63,939 nucleotides of DNA, filler included, from Sanchytrium tribonematis (GCA_018985235.1; 21 parts of 21 records of this genome joined end to end with filler, not necessarily neighbours in it); one strand, 5' to 3'; positions 1 to 10,946 are shown, counted from the first letter of the whole stretch. The notes: generated from the letters alone by a model not told the origin. Numbers and translations are program-made.

Positions 1-407
1 GCACGTATTATATCACATAATAAATCAGGATCTTCTAATAATGCAGCACCCATCTTGCCTTTTAATGAAAATGGCTTAGGACATCCACAATTCAAATCAA
101 TGACTTTGATATCCTGTTTTAATGTTTGTGCTGCTTTGATGGCTAATTCGGGTTTACTGCAGCCTAATTGGAACACAAATTTGTTTGATTCTAACGGGGA
201 TGTTCTGAAATTGACATTTCCATTTTTGGAATACTCAATAATGCCATCTTTGCGTACTGTTCTTTCATTATCAATGATTCTTTGAGCTATAATTTCTGGA
301 CCATAAATAATATCAAAATCATAATCTAGGGCTAATAATCTGATGGGTAAAGAAGAGAATCGGACCATTGGCGCTAAAATCTTCTTGCCAACGAATTCCA
401 TCTCCAT
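1..407 (-). CDS. DUS2: tRNA-dihydrouridine synthase (Dus2-like), 3'-partial
   Basis: Own translation from ATG 407: MEMEFVGKKILAPMVRFSSLPIRLLALDY...FQLGCSKPELA...IDLNCGCPKPFSLKGKMGAALL. It has the Dus LAPMVR and DLNCGCP motifs. Missing from the ORF track because it runs off the window. Confidence 0.9.
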   Translation of the reverse strand, partial: MEMEFVGKKILAPMVRFSSLPIRLLALDYDFDIIYGPEIIAQRIIDNERTVRKDGIIEYSKNGNVNFRTSPLESNKFVFQLGCSKPELAIKAAQTLKQDIKVIDLNCGCPKPFSLKGKMGAALLEDPDLLCDIIR

Positions 408-913
408 GTTTGAACGTGGTTGCACAAAGAGTTAAAGACCAAATTATCATGATTCTATGGCAAAATACAAGCAGAAAATCTAACATGAGAATCATGTGGT
501 AACTTTGTATATAGTGTTTTTCTTTGAATTTTTATTTTTCAAATCAAATTGACACTGTATGGTTTATCTGACCCTGAGTTAAGATATTTATTGTGTTTAT
601 TAAATAAGGTATTGAATTTTATATTTGAATTTTTGTTCCTTTCGTAGTAAAATATTGTACAAACTTTGTGGATTTTACCTATTAAGATTCACTAAATTTT
701 TGTTAGCAGGATTGGAAATTTTAAATGGAAGCTACATCGACTCGAATGAATAGCAATCCAATGATCGAGTATCTTTACCACACAAGTGCCATAAATTCAT
801 AAATGAAGTACCGATCAATCAAAAAACTTCATTTTTCCTCTCATCTGATTGGCTATCCCGTCATTTATTTGCCATTCAAAACATTGGAATACCCCCATCA
901 TCAAACAGTAAAC

Positions 914-1488
914 ATGTCGATGTTGACTAAATTTAAGCAAATGACGATGGAGAAACTCACCAATACCTCCAAAACAGAAACATCTACTGATTTTAAGCAA
1001 ATGGAAATGATGACAGACCAACGTGGCAAATTAACCTCAAAATTACTCGCATCTGTTCAACGATATGTTAAACAACATGACCGCAAAGAGGTAGAGGGAT
1101 TTGTCAAGCGTGTGATGCCTGTAGAAGCCATTGGTGCCAGTATGATTACTATGGCCAATAATTTGGAAGGACCCCTCTCTAAATTGTTTTTACAAGTTGG
1201 TCAAGCTCAAGAACGACTAGGAGATGTCCAATTGGCATTTCATAATTCTGTTGAAGATGGATTTGTAGGCTATTTATCCAATTACATGGACCAACACAAG
1301 GATTATTTGCAATTAAAGAAGAAATTGGAATCTCGTCGATTAAAATTCGATGCGCAAGTGAATGAAGTCCAAAAAAGTAAAATACAAAATACGGAGACAG
1401 AAGAAAGATTGCAACACCATCAAGAGAAATATGAAGAAACTTTACAAGAAATGATGGCTAGAATGGAAGATTTAAATGGCAATCAAAT
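914..1488 (+). CDS. BAR-domain protein (endophilin/Gvp36-like), 3'-partial
   Basis: KFKQMTMEKL...T.TSTDFKQME, E.IGASMI and KKKLESRRLKFDA fit an N-BAR pattern. Probable ATG 914; cut by the spacer. Confidence 0.75.
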
Positions 1489-1588
1489 NNNNNNNNNNNN
1501 NNNNNNNNNNNNNNNNNNNNNNNNNNNNNNNNTTAATTAATTAANNNNNNNNNNNNNNNNNNNNNNNNNNNNNNNNNNNNNNNNNNNN
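1489..1588. other. Artificial contig-joining spacer (N44-TTAATTAATTAA-N44); first of 20 copies
   Basis: The identical 100-nt unit with six-frame stops also starts at 18839, 20423, 22006, 23585, 25154, 26718, 28279, 29840, 31400, 32958, 50092, 51641, 53188, 54732, 56271, 57810, 59347, 60880 and 62412. Confidence 0.99.
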
Positions 1589-1944
1589 TCTTGTTCAATC
1601 ATGGAGGAATTCCAGAGGTCGAACATATAATGTCTCTGCTTTGTTTTGTCATCGCACTGAGTGGTGTTTTTGACTGCCAGAGTATTAGCTTGCAATTCTA
1701 CAGGAGCCTCGCCTTTTGCGTGGTCATACACATGCAATTTTGAACAATCTCCTGTGGTTGTATACGTTGCAGTACTGTAAACAAAACTATCACTTATTAA
1801 GGAATTGAGTTTGGTCGAGTTTGTTACAGTTGGAACGACAGTGTCGGAGCTTTTGTCATAGTTGATTGATAATACGCATGATCCTGCCAGGCCAATCGAT
1901 TTTTTTACTTGCTCAGCAAACGCAAAATATAAAAAGGTCAACAT
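1589..1944 (-). CDS. Putative secreted protein, 3'-partial
   Basis: Short hydrophobic N-terminus MLTFLYFAFA followed by a Thr/Cys-containing region, open to the contig end. Confidence 0.55.
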
Positions 1945-2050
1945 AGATTGGATTTGGAGAGGATGCGGAATTTATAGCAAAAATGACGTGACGAATGTTA
2001 TGGACGTAGCTGGAAGATGTGACTGCAGCATTTCAACTTCAAAAAAAGGT

Positions 2051-2779
2051 TTATTTGTCTTCTAATATACGCTTTGCATACTCGACGCCATCAAGTTGAA
2101 CATTATAAATCCCATCATACCCTTTTGCGTACATTTTGCTCATTACTGGATAGTCCATTCCATTAAAGCCTCTTATATATTTATGCTGATCAAATACCCA
2201 ATAAATCAAACCTATGCTAAAGGCAGCTTTCAATAGTCCTTTTGCATAATCCCAGGTGCTTTTACCGGTGTTTTCCTTGTGGTACATCGTGGGAGTAAAT
2301 GAACCCAAAATATCGTCTTCCTCATGAAGAGGATCACCAATGTTTCTGCGGTCCCAAGGGTCATCGTAATTTCCATAAGGATCTTTATCAGTAACGTATT
2401 TAAATTCCCCGTTTCTCCAAATTGCGGGATGTTGTCCTTCTATTTTGCCCAAGTCGTAAGCACCAAATGGCAAAATACCGTCCGGGCGGCCAGAGGCTTC
2501 TTTAGACCACTTTATTGGATTACCCCAGTCATTTTCTAGTAAATTATTATATCTAATTGCAGCATCGTCTGATGGTAGATTTTGGATATCTTTGATCTCG
2601 TAATCAACAAGCTGAAAAGGGTCCGGGATGTCTTCATATTTTGTACTGCTGACTGGCTGATCAAATTGGGCATAAACATCAAGAGCATGTGGATCGGGTT
2701 TGTAGTTTGTTGTCAAATTACCTGTCATAAATGTTGGAAGTTTCCCAAGTAAAATTTTGGAGTGGAGTTTGGAAAACAT
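2051..2779 (-). CDS. NDUFB8: NADH:ubiquinone oxidoreductase subunit B8 (ASHI)-like
   Basis: DPYGNYDDPWDRRNIGDPLHEEDDILG matches the NDUFB8 signature. A single TM follows, and the N-terminus resembles a mitochondrial presequence. Confidence 0.8.
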   Translation of the reverse strand: MFSKLHSKILLGKLPTFMTGNLTTNYKPDPHALDVYAQFDQPVSSTKYEDIPDPFQLVDYEIKDIQNLPSDDAAIRYNNLLENDWGNPIKWSKEASGRPDGILPFGAYDLGKIEGQHPAIWRNGEFKYVTDKDPYGNYDDPWDRRNIGDPLHEEDDILGSFTPTMYHKENTGKSTWDYAKGLLKAAFSIGLIYWVFDQHKYIRGFNGMDYPVMSKMYAKGYDGIYNVQLDGVEYAKRILEDK

Positions 2780-2865
2780 TTGTATCAAAATTTGCTCCAG
2801 ATTTTCCAGTACAAGAGATGCATTAAAGCAATTTTATTTATTTATTAAAGCTTGAGTTGATAATT

Positions 2866-3294
2866 TTACTTGTTGGAAGTTTCGAGCTGCTGAATATGCC
2901 TAAAAAATAAGAATAGTTCTGCAAATAATACTAATAGGCAAAGCAACAAAGACGTAAGAACTTTGAAGGGAACATCCATAGTACCTGTAGCATACCATGA
3001 AGCTAAAAAAACGCTCGCAGCAGTAAATCCACAATTACCTATTCCAATAAACATTGGCTTGTCTTCCAAATAGTTATCCTCTGGCGGAGTCCGCAAATTT
3101 AAAAATTTCGATTTAGGATATTTCGGCTTGTCTGAATCTATTCTTGAAATAAAAGGGCTAATATCTTCAGCTATTTGCAGAACAAGTGAAATCGGGACAC
3201 GATGTTCATACAGTTTTAATTCATTTAGCTCAGTTGTGTTTGCTAATTTGGATAGATTCTCAAGTTGCAATTCCGATAGATTGAAATATAACAT
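2866..3294 (-). CDS. VMA12: ER V-ATPase assembly factor Vma12/TMEM199-like
   Basis: PK.PKS..L..R region, then two C-terminal TMs (N.GFTAASVFLASWY...LLVLFAELFLF). Confidence 0.6.
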   Translation of the reverse strand: MLYFNLSELQLENLSKLANTTELNELKLYEHRVPISLVLQIAEDISPFISRIDSDKPKYPKSKFLNLRTPPEDNYLEDKPMFIGIGNCGFTAASVFLASWYATGTMDVPFKVLTSLLLCLLVLFAELFLFFRHIQQLETSNK

Positions 3295-3323
3295 TCAAAG
3301 AAATGAAATAAAGGAGAAATGAT

Positions 3324-3470
3324 TTATTTCTTGTTCTGATGATTCTTGATATATTCTTGCAACACTTCGTTTTCTAGGGCTGTAAAAGAGATAGTCGCAT
3401 TTACGCGATCCTCCTTTGTTACCTGAGGATCTCTAAAAATTGCCATACTAACTTTGGTAGAAATATCCAT
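3324..3470 (-). CDS. Small 48-aa ORF, unknown function
   Basis: MDISTKVSMAIFRDPQVTKEDRVNATISFTALENEVLQEYIKNHQNKK. It fills the gap between VMA12 and RRS1, and its stop lies within AAATAAA like neighbouring genes. Confidence 0.4.
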   Translation of the reverse strand: MDISTKVSMAIFRDPQVTKEDRVNATISFTALENEVLQEYIKNHQNKK

Positions 3471-3505
3471 TTATCAAGGAGTAAACAACCGTTTGGGCAA
3501 AATCA

Positions 3506-4180
3506 ATGAGTACAGAAGTAGAACGAGAAATTCCAATGGCGATTGATCTGGGAGCATTGACTGTTGTGGATACTCTAGAAGCTCAAAAAATGAATGAAGA
3601 TAGGTTACGATCTCGAACTAGAGATAGTTGTCAATTGTTGATCAATCAATTATTTCAAGCAGACAGAACTACAGATGAAGATGGGATATACGCACAACTT
3701 CCAAAAGTGGTAACAGTCTTGCCTCGTGAAAAGCCCCTGCCTAAACCAAGAACACTCACAACCTGGGAAAAATTTGCTAAAAAGAAATGTATCATTAAGA
3801 AAAAAAATAGTGCTGTCGTTTTAGATGAAGAAACTAACGAATATAAACCGCGTTATGGCAGAAAGAGCAAAGCAAACGAGGTGCCATGGATTATCGAAGG
3901 AAAAATGAATGATGAGATTGATGCAGATCCTTATGCCGATAAGAAAAAAGCCAAAATAGAGCGAGTGGATAAAAATCAAAAGCAAAGAACTCAAAATATT
4001 AAAAAATCGGAGAAAAAGCAGGAAATCCAGAAAATGATCGAGCAAACAGAAGGCAGCAGAGTTGTACCTAAAGGTGGTAAGAAGAGAAAGGCGCCTTTGG
4101 TTACTGGTGATAAAGATATGAATGAGAAAAACAAAATGAGAAAACTAATGAATGAAGTTATGTTTAAAAAAGATAAATAA
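3506..4180 (+). CDS. RRS1: Ribosome biogenesis regulator Rrs1
   Basis: DLGAL, RDSCQLLINQLF, LPREKPLPKPR.LT.WEKFAKKK and PRYG motifs. Confidence 0.95.
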   Translation: MSTEVEREIPMAIDLGALTVVDTLEAQKMNEDRLRSRTRDSCQLLINQLFQADRTTDEDGIYAQLPKVVTVLPREKPLPKPRTLTTWEKFAKKKCIIKKKNSAVVLDEETNEYKPRYGRKSKANEVPWIIEGKMNDEIDADPYADKKKAKIERVDKNQKQRTQNIKKSEKKQEIQKMIEQTEGSRVVPKGGKKRKAPLVTGDKDMNEKNKMRKLMNEVMFKKDK

Positions 4181-4199
4181 ACATTTTCTAATTTCGGCC

Positions 4200-6047
4200 A
4201 TGTCAGATAATTCTATTCAAATTTATGCAAGAGTAAGGCCTTCTAGAAACCCTTTACCTGGTATTGAGATTGATGATGATAAGATTAAATTGAAAGTGCC
4301 TAAGTCAGATCAAGGCTTAATTAATCATCAAAAGGAAAATTATAACTTTCAATTTAACTCCGTTTTTCAAGATAGATGCTCACAAGTAGAAGTTTTTGAT
4401 AAAGTTGCATTGAAAATACTACTGCATGTGATGGAGGGATATCATGGTACAATATTTTGCTATGGTCAAACTGGAACTGGTAAAACATATACAATGACAG
4501 GTGGCAATGAAAATTATCAACAACGAGGTCTAATGCCAAGAGCGATTGAGTTTATATATAGCCATATTTTAAGACATTCGGAATACAAATATGATGTTGG
4601 GTGTTCCTATTTAGAAATATATAACGAGAACGGCTATGATTTACTAGATGATGCTAGGGATGCTTCGAAATTAGAAGAATTGAAAAGGGTTAACATTTTG
4701 GAAGATGAGGCAGGAAATTTTCATCTGAAAAACCTCAGGATAATGCCAAGTAATTCTGAAGATGATGCAATGAATTTCCTGTATTTGGGAGACACCAACA
4801 AAATGATGGCAGAGACTCCTAGTAATCCTCAATCATCAAGAAGTCATTGCGTTTTCACTCTTCATGTTCAAAGATCTGAACCGGGAAGCTCAAAGATTAC
4901 CAAAAGTTTACTACACCTAGTCGATTTGGCAGGTTCCGAACGAGTCTCAAGGACCGGCATTGACGGCAGGCTTTTGAAAGAGGCAAAGCACATAAACTTG
5001 AGTCTCCATTATTTAGAGCAGGTAATTATTTCATTACAGGATAAGGGTCGAAAGAAGCACGTTCCATACCGCAACTCAATGTTAACATGCATATTGAGGG
5101 AAGCTTTGGGTGGCAATTGTAAAACTACTATGATTGCAACGTTTGCCAACGAGGAAGGCTGTTTAGAGGAAGGGATTTCTACTTTTAGATTCGCTCAAAG
5201 GGTTGCTCTGGTTTCTAATAACGCGCATATCAATGAAGAGCTTGATCCAACTGCAATGATTCATTCTTTAAAAGTTGAAATTAAAAATTTAAAATGCCAG
5301 TTGTCTATGTTGACAGAGGGACATGATTTTGGTGATCTTACAGATATAGATACGGAATATTTAGATGAGAAGGCTAAGAATTTTATTGAAAAAGAGATTT
5401 CAGCAACTGATCTCATTACTCCAAACTTAAAGAAACTAGAGTACTTATTTAATGTAATTAGAAACAAATTTACTGAAAAGCGGTCGGCTCCTAAGCGAGA
5501 AGATTCAGGAAAGTCAAATTTTTTTGAAATTAGTGAGATTAAAAGACTCAATAACATGCTTTTCCAAAGAGATCAAGAGATAAAGATTCTTCTCGATTCT
5601 CAGTCAAAAGCAAAACCGTTGCAAACGGTATCAAAACAAATGGAATCTTTTAAATCATTTGACACCAACAAGAAGGAGGAATATTTCGAAGAGTTTAAGA
5701 AACAATACGATCGACTTCAATGGATAGAAGATCTTAAAAAGAAATATAACTCAACGGTATTAAGCGCGCAGTCTGCAAATAAGAAACTTGCTTTGATTAA
5801 AAGCCAAATTCAAAAGGAGCAGAACCACTCAAGCCCAGAATGCATTGCTTTCATCCAAGAGTACAAAGCTATTTTTGATAGCATTAAAGAAAAAAAACGA
5901 ATTTTGGACCACAACAAGCATCTTTTGGAGAAAAGCAAAAGTCAATTAAAAAACGATTTTGAGGCTTGGCTATTAAAAAAACAATCGAAGACATCAAACA
6001 GAAGTGAGTTTGAGCAACTTAAGCAATCTTTTACAGAGCAATTATAA
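4200..6047 (+). CDS. KIF6: Kinesin-9 family motor (KIF6-like)
   Basis: YGQTGTGKT, SSRSH, LVDLAGSER and INLSLHYLEQVI (KIF6/9-type), with a coiled-coil tail. ATG 4200. Confidence 0.85.
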   Translation: MSDNSIQIYARVRPSRNPLPGIEIDDDKIKLKVPKSDQGLINHQKENYNFQFNSVFQDRCSQVEVFDKVALKILLHVMEGYHGTIFCYGQTGTGKTYTMTGGNENYQQRGLMPRAIEFIYSHILRHSEYKYDVGCSYLEIYNENGYDLLDDARDASKLEELKRVNILEDEAGNFHLKNLRIMPSNSEDDAMNFLYLGDTNKMMAETPSNPQSSRSHCVFTLHVQRSEPGSSKITKSLLHLVDLAGSERVSRTGIDGRLLKEAKHINLSLHYLEQVIISLQDKGRKKHVPYRNSMLTCILREALGGNCKTTMIATFANEEGCLEEGISTFRFAQRVALVSNNAHINEELDPTAMIHSLKVEIKNLKCQLSMLTEGHDFGDLTDIDTEYLDEKAKNFIEKEISATDLITPNLKKLEYLFNVIRNKFTEKRSAPKREDSGKSNFFEISEIKRLNNMLFQRDQEIKILLDSQSKAKPLQTVSKQMESFKSFDTNKKEEYFEEFKKQYDRLQWIEDLKKKYNSTVLSAQSANKKLALIKSQIQKEQNHSSPECIAFIQEYKAIFDSIKEKKRILDHNKHLLEKSKSQLKNDFEAWLLKKQSKTSNRSEFEQLKQSFTEQL

Positions 6048-6086
6048 ACTTAATCAATAAAAAATTGAATAATATTTTAGGCCAAG

Positions 6087-7493
6087 ATGGATGATTCTCA
6101 AAAATCCGCACTTGTTGCTGAGGCAGACTATTTTTTTAAAAAGTCCGACTTGGAAAAAGCACTTGAGCTATATTCTAAAGTACTAACACTAGATGCGGAC
6201 AAACACAGTTTATTATATCGAGGTTATTGCTATTCCTCGAACGCAGACTATGATTTGGCATTAAAAGACGTGGAAACGCTTTTAAAGGTGGATTCAAACA
6301 ATTTTAAAGGAATCTTACTAAAAGCCAGTATTCTTTTCGACATGGGAGAATTTGAAATGTCATTGATTCTCTACATCAAAGCCCTAAATATGAAAGGGGG
6401 AGAAGAAGTGGATGCGGGTATATTTAAATGTAAAAATGCAATTTTGACATTATTTAATGATTCGGATGATTTTGGAGAAATGCAAGATCTAGACAAACTC
6501 ATAAAACGTCACATGCCGGATTTCGCGTCTGATTATTATTTTTTAAAATCAATTTCAGCCCAATTTGCAGAATCCAAAGATGTTCAAATTTCTCAAATTG
6601 CTGAGGACGGTTTATGTTATTTGAAAAAACGACTAGAATTTTGGAAAAACTACAAGCATCACGATAAAGTTGATGGCAAGAAAATAAGGGCAAAAGTTTC
6701 GCAAGAACTAAAATCAATAAAAGAAAAAAGAAAATTGCCTAGCCTGCCAAGCAAAAAAAATCATAGTAAGAAAAGCGTGTCAAACAAGCAACCAAGTCTA
6801 GTACAAGAATCCACAAAGGATTTGTCGCCAGAGTTGCTTTCGCAAGAAGATTTATGTAGAAGAATTAGAAAAACGTTTGAAAATGAGGATTTTAAATATG
6901 TTAAAATTTTATGCGAGGAGTATCTGAGAAGAGAGATTAAAATAGCCGGAAAACCTACGGCTCAGCAATATTGCGATGTTTTGCTGGATTATTCGCATGC
7001 GCTTTTAGAATTGCAAGAGTCTCTTGAAATTTCAAAGGCAAAAGCATCACAAGTGAAAAATATAACTCAAGTATTTCAACTCAACTCTTACTATCCAAGA
7101 TGCTTAAATATATTAGGGAAATGCTATGCCAAATCAGAAAAATTTGAAAAAGCTATTAAGCTGTGGGAAGAAAGAATGAAATTTGATAGTAGCCCAGTGG
7201 AAAAAGCATGGTTGTACCACGACTTGGGAAAGTGCTACCTGTCTCTTGGGAAAATTGACAAAAGCAAGGAATGTGGCCGATTGAGTTTGGAATTCAGCGA
7301 CCAAATAGGTAGTAGATCATGGTCAGCTGCATCGAAAATTCTATTGGGACAATGCTTTGAAGCTGAGGGATATGTCTGGGATGCGATATCTTACTTTGAA
7401 AAAGCGGTTAAATCGGCAAGAGCTTGCGGAGACAAGTCTCAACTGAACGGTCTAGAACAGCACCTGGTGCGTCTAAGAGCATCAATCAAATAA
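6087..7493 (+). CDS. TTC25: TPR protein, outer dynein arm docking complex subunit 4 (TTC25)-like
   Basis: N- and C-terminal TPR blocks. GEFEMSLILY, YL..RLEFW and EKAWLYHDLGKCYL resemble TTC25/ODAD4. Confidence 0.7.
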   Translation: MDDSQKSALVAEADYFFKKSDLEKALELYSKVLTLDADKHSLLYRGYCYSSNADYDLALKDVETLLKVDSNNFKGILLKASILFDMGEFEMSLILYIKALNMKGGEEVDAGIFKCKNAILTLFNDSDDFGEMQDLDKLIKRHMPDFASDYYFLKSISAQFAESKDVQISQIAEDGLCYLKKRLEFWKNYKHHDKVDGKKIRAKVSQELKSIKEKRKLPSLPSKKNHSKKSVSNKQPSLVQESTKDLSPELLSQEDLCRRIRKTFENEDFKYVKILCEEYLRREIKIAGKPTAQQYCDVLLDYSHALLELQESLEISKAKASQVKNITQVFQLNSYYPRCLNILGKCYAKSEKFEKAIKLWEERMKFDSSPVEKAWLYHDLGKCYLSLGKIDKSKECGRLSLEFSDQIGSRSWSAASKILLGQCFEAEGYVWDAISYFEKAVKSARACGDKSQLNGLEQHLVRLRASIK

Positions 7494-7573
7494 ATTTTAT
7501 TTGTGAAACTTGTACAATATTTGTGACCGAAAATTTCCTTCATGTGAGTACCCCTGGCAAGTCACTAATATCT

Positions 7574-9412
7574 ATGTCACAAATAACTAGAAGAGAGCGT
7601 TGGCCATCGCGTTTTGCTTATGTCGTTGCGTCTGCCAGCTCAGTCATAGGTATTGGAAATTTTCTTAGATTTCCTGGAATAGCCGCAAAACATCCAGGTA
7701 TAACATTTTTAATACCCTATTTTATATTAACATGGATTGTAGGATACGTCATAATCTCATTTGAGACTGCCACAGGAGAAATGTATAGATCAGGAATAGT
7801 GACTTTCTTCGATAGAGTTTATAAAAGATTTCGTGGATTCGGTATACTTCAGATGGTTTCCACGCTACTTACAATTTCTTACCTCAATGTCATACTTGGT
7901 TGGTTATTCATTTACATGATTAGGTCCAGTTATATGCCTTGGACTTACGATCCTCAAGAATATTTTCAAATTTATGTCTTGAATCAAAAAAGGTTTCGTT
8001 TCGATGTCTTGGCTGTCAGTATTCTTAGTGCAAGTGTGGTATGGATATTTTTATTCATGAGTATTTATAAAGGTGTCACTCACACAACAAAGATAGTTTA
8101 TATGACTTTGCCATTGTCTATATTAATGATGTTTATGTTGCTTCTGCGATCATTGACACTAGAAGGCTCGGGAACTATTTTATATAACTTTGTGACACTA
8201 ATAGATTGGGAAGCACTAGTTCGAACCAGAATTTGGCTAGAAGCCTTGGGACAAGTTTTATTTAGTTTGTGCATTGGAATCGGATCTTCATGTGCATACG
8301 GTTCTTATAGAATTAAAGACGGATATCTTATGAGAGATTGCTTCTCTATTGTACTTTTAAATTTATTGATTGAAATGTTTGGATGGATTATTATTGTTTG
8401 CATTGGAGGATATGAAGGATGGTCTAATACTGACATTGCAGAAAACAAATTCTCTCTGGCATTTGTCTTATACCCACAACTAGTACTAAAATTGCCATTT
8501 GCCTCATCCTGGAGTTTTCTTTATTATTTATTCATGTTGACATTTGGAATTAATTGCTCTCATGCTTCTTTAGAAAGCGTTGTTACAACATTGTTAGATT
8601 CTAAAAGATTTTCGAGATATGGACGTGTGAGAATTACCGCTATGGTCACACTAATTGGTTTATTAATGAGTGTTGTGTTTTGTGTATTTATAAGAATCAT
8701 AGAACCGGTAGATTATTTTACCAGTAACTTTTTACTAGTGATGGCTGGATTAGGTGAGATTCTCGTAGCTGGATACTTTTATAACAAAAAACTCGTCTCG
8801 CAACAATTAGGTTCAACAACAGTTAATATAGCTTATTATTCTTGGCTGCTAGCTCCACTCATCTCATCATTTCTGTACTATATTGTGGGTGATTATGTCA
8901 CTTGTTTGGTTATGGGATTTTCTATTTTTTTCATGGGATCTGCATTTGCTACTTTTACTACTCCATCTAAATTGTCTGCCAAGAAGATATTGAATTTGCT
9001 TTTCACTTATCAAGGTAAAATATTGATTCACCATTACAACGACACCCTACGAATGTCTGAAAGAACCTATTTCAAACTAAATATGTGGTGGTTCATATTT
9101 ATCAAATTCATATCGACACCTTTAATGATTTGCCTGTTATCTGTCTCAATTTTTCATTTGCCTAGTTACCCTTTAGATTATTTTATTGTGGGCGTTCTAC
9201 TTTGCATCATGGGAACAGGCATTGTCATTGCGCCTTACTATTTTCCCAATGCTTATTCATCATTTGTTCCCGAAGATAGAGTTGAAGAAGAAAGTAAGCT
9301 GCATCTGGATGAATGGCTAAGATATTGGTTTAGAAAAGAGCGTAAAATTTTAAGCGGCGAAACTCCGCCAAATTCGAGAACTGTGAGTGTGGTAGGTCAA
9401 AATGCATTCTAA
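7574..9412 (+). CDS. Sodium:neurotransmitter symporter (SLC6/NSS) family transporter
   Basis: RERW.SR, IGIGNFLRFP, FLIPY and W.EALGQVLFSL motifs; about 12 or more TMs. Confidence 0.9.
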   Translation: MSQITRRERWPSRFAYVVASASSVIGIGNFLRFPGIAAKHPGITFLIPYFILTWIVGYVIISFETATGEMYRSGIVTFFDRVYKRFRGFGILQMVSTLLTISYLNVILGWLFIYMIRSSYMPWTYDPQEYFQIYVLNQKRFRFDVLAVSILSASVVWIFLFMSIYKGVTHTTKIVYMTLPLSILMMFMLLLRSLTLEGSGTILYNFVTLIDWEALVRTRIWLEALGQVLFSLCIGIGSSCAYGSYRIKDGYLMRDCFSIVLLNLLIEMFGWIIIVCIGGYEGWSNTDIAENKFSLAFVLYPQLVLKLPFASSWSFLYYLFMLTFGINCSHASLESVVTTLLDSKRFSRYGRVRITAMVTLIGLLMSVVFCVFIRIIEPVDYFTSNFLLVMAGLGEILVAGYFYNKKLVSQQLGSTTVNIAYYSWLLAPLISSFLYYIVGDYVTCLVMGFSIFFMGSAFATFTTPSKLSAKKILNLLFTYQGKILIHHYNDTLRMSERTYFKLNMWWFIFIKFISTPLMICLLSVSIFHLPSYPLDYFIVGVLLCIMGTGIVIAPYYFPNAYSSFVPEDRVEEESKLHLDEWLRYWFRKERKILSGETPPNSRTVSVVGQNAF

Positions 9413-9506
9413 CATGTGCTTTAGCATTTAATTTTATATGTGGTAAAACGTTTTAGAATATGTAACCATTCATCAAATAAATTTGAGAACTTCCCCTGTA
9501 ATTGTA

Positions 9507-10946
9507 ATGCTGATTCTCCAAATATTTTTGGGTCAGCTTCTTCTGAATATGGCTCAAAGATTCGAACAACTTGATACCAAAATCAAATTTAATGCATCTC
9601 AGCCCAGCTTCAACTCAGGGGTGGCATCGGGCGATCCGAAGCCAGATAGGGTAATATTGTGGACCCGTGTGGAAAATTACACAGGGGGTGTGGATATTTA
9701 CATTAGCGAAGACAAGTATTTTAAAAACTTTACTAAAAGCAAGACCAGTACAAGTCCTGAAATTGATTTTATAGTAAAAGTTGACATGGTGAATCTCAAG
9801 CCTGGTACCACGTATTACTACAAATTTAGTGCAAAAGGTCTCGAATCGGAAGTTGGAAAAACAAAAACATTGCCGCTTGATACGGCCGAGTTGAAAGTAG
9901 CTGTAGCAAGCTGTGCAAATTATCCTTACGGATATTTCACTCCTTATCACAATATGGTTAGCTTGAAAGTCGATCTTTTGATTTTTTTAGGAGACTACAT
10001 ATATGAATACAAAAATGGAAAATACGGTGATGGGACAGATAAAGGCAGAATTCCAAACCCAAACCGGGATTGCATTACATTAGAAGATTATAGAATGAGA
10101 CATTTGCAATATAAGAAAGACAAGGATGTACAATTAATGCACAAAAATATACCTATGATTGCCGTCTACGACGATCATGAATTTGCAAATAATGCTTATA
10201 AAAATGGAAGTCGAGATTATCCCGATTTGTTCAAGGAAAGAAAATATGCTGCTATGCGTGCTTATTTCGAATATATCCCAATAAGAGTTTTTCCAAGTGA
10301 AATTGATGCCCCAATTTATCGGACTTTTGAAATTGGAAACCTTTTGGAACTGATAATGCTTGATACCAGAATTTATAGAGATGTGTCAGATGTGCGCGAC
10401 CCAAAAATTGTAGGCAGTCCTAATCGAACAATACTTGGAACAGAGCAAGAAGCCTGGTTAGAAAACTTACCTATCAAAAAAACTAAATGGACATTTTATG
10501 GAAATCAAATTCTTTTTAGTGTTTTCTTTTCTCCATTGCACAAGCTTAATATACCGCTTGCGATTGACGCTTGGGATGCGTATCCTGCAAGCAGACGAAA
10601 AATGATCAATTTTATACATCATCGAAATCAAGCATCAAATTCTACACCAATTATTCTAAGTGGCGATCTGCATGTATCTATGCTAAACAAAATAAGCGGA
10701 ATCACAGAAATTGTCACACCAGCAGTAGCTTCTCCAAGTATTGAGCGCAAATCAATTGCTACTTTTACAGAAAAACTACTTAAACTAAACGGCGAAAATC
10801 TGTGGTCGAATCTAAACGACAAAGGATTTGTACTATTAAATATCAAGTACGACAAGATTGATGTGAAATGGATTCACTGTAAAGTATCGGAGTTCCCAAA
10901 ATCATATGACTTTAAAGTAGGGTTTGAAACTGTCCTTAGTAATTAG
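9507..10946 (+). CDS. phoD: PhoD-family alkaline phosphatase
   Basis: GVASGDP.PDRVILWTR, LGDYIYE, DDHEFANN, LDTR, DAWDAY and LSGDLH motifs. Confidence 0.93.
   Translation: MLILQIFLGQLLLNMAQRFEQLDTKIKFNASQPSFNSGVASGDPKPDRVILWTRVENYTGGVDIYISEDKYFKNFTKSKTSTSPEIDFIVKVDMVNLKPGTTYYYKFSAKGLESEVGKTKTLPLDTAELKVAVASCANYPYGYFTPYHNMVSLKVDLLIFLGDYIYEYKNGKYGDGTDKGRIPNPNRDCITLEDYRMRHLQYKKDKDVQLMHKNIPMIAVYDDHEFANNAYKNGSRDYPDLFKERKYAAMRAYFEYIPIRVFPSEIDAPIYRTFEIGNLLELIMLDTRIYRDVSDVRDPKIVGSPNRTILGTEQEAWLENLPIKKTKWTFYGNQILFSVFFSPLHKLNIPLAIDAWDAYPASRRKMINFIHHRNQASNSTPIILSGDLHVSMLNKISGITEIVTPAVASPSIERKSIATFTEKLLKLNGENLWSNLNDKGFVLLNIKYDKIDVKWIHCKVSEFPKSYDFKVGFETVLSN

Noticed and set aside
9507..10946. PhoD as bacterial contamination or recent HGT
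   Set aside because: It is embedded among eukaryotic genes in the same style, and PhoD is known in fungi. Its origin cannot be judged without a phylogeny.
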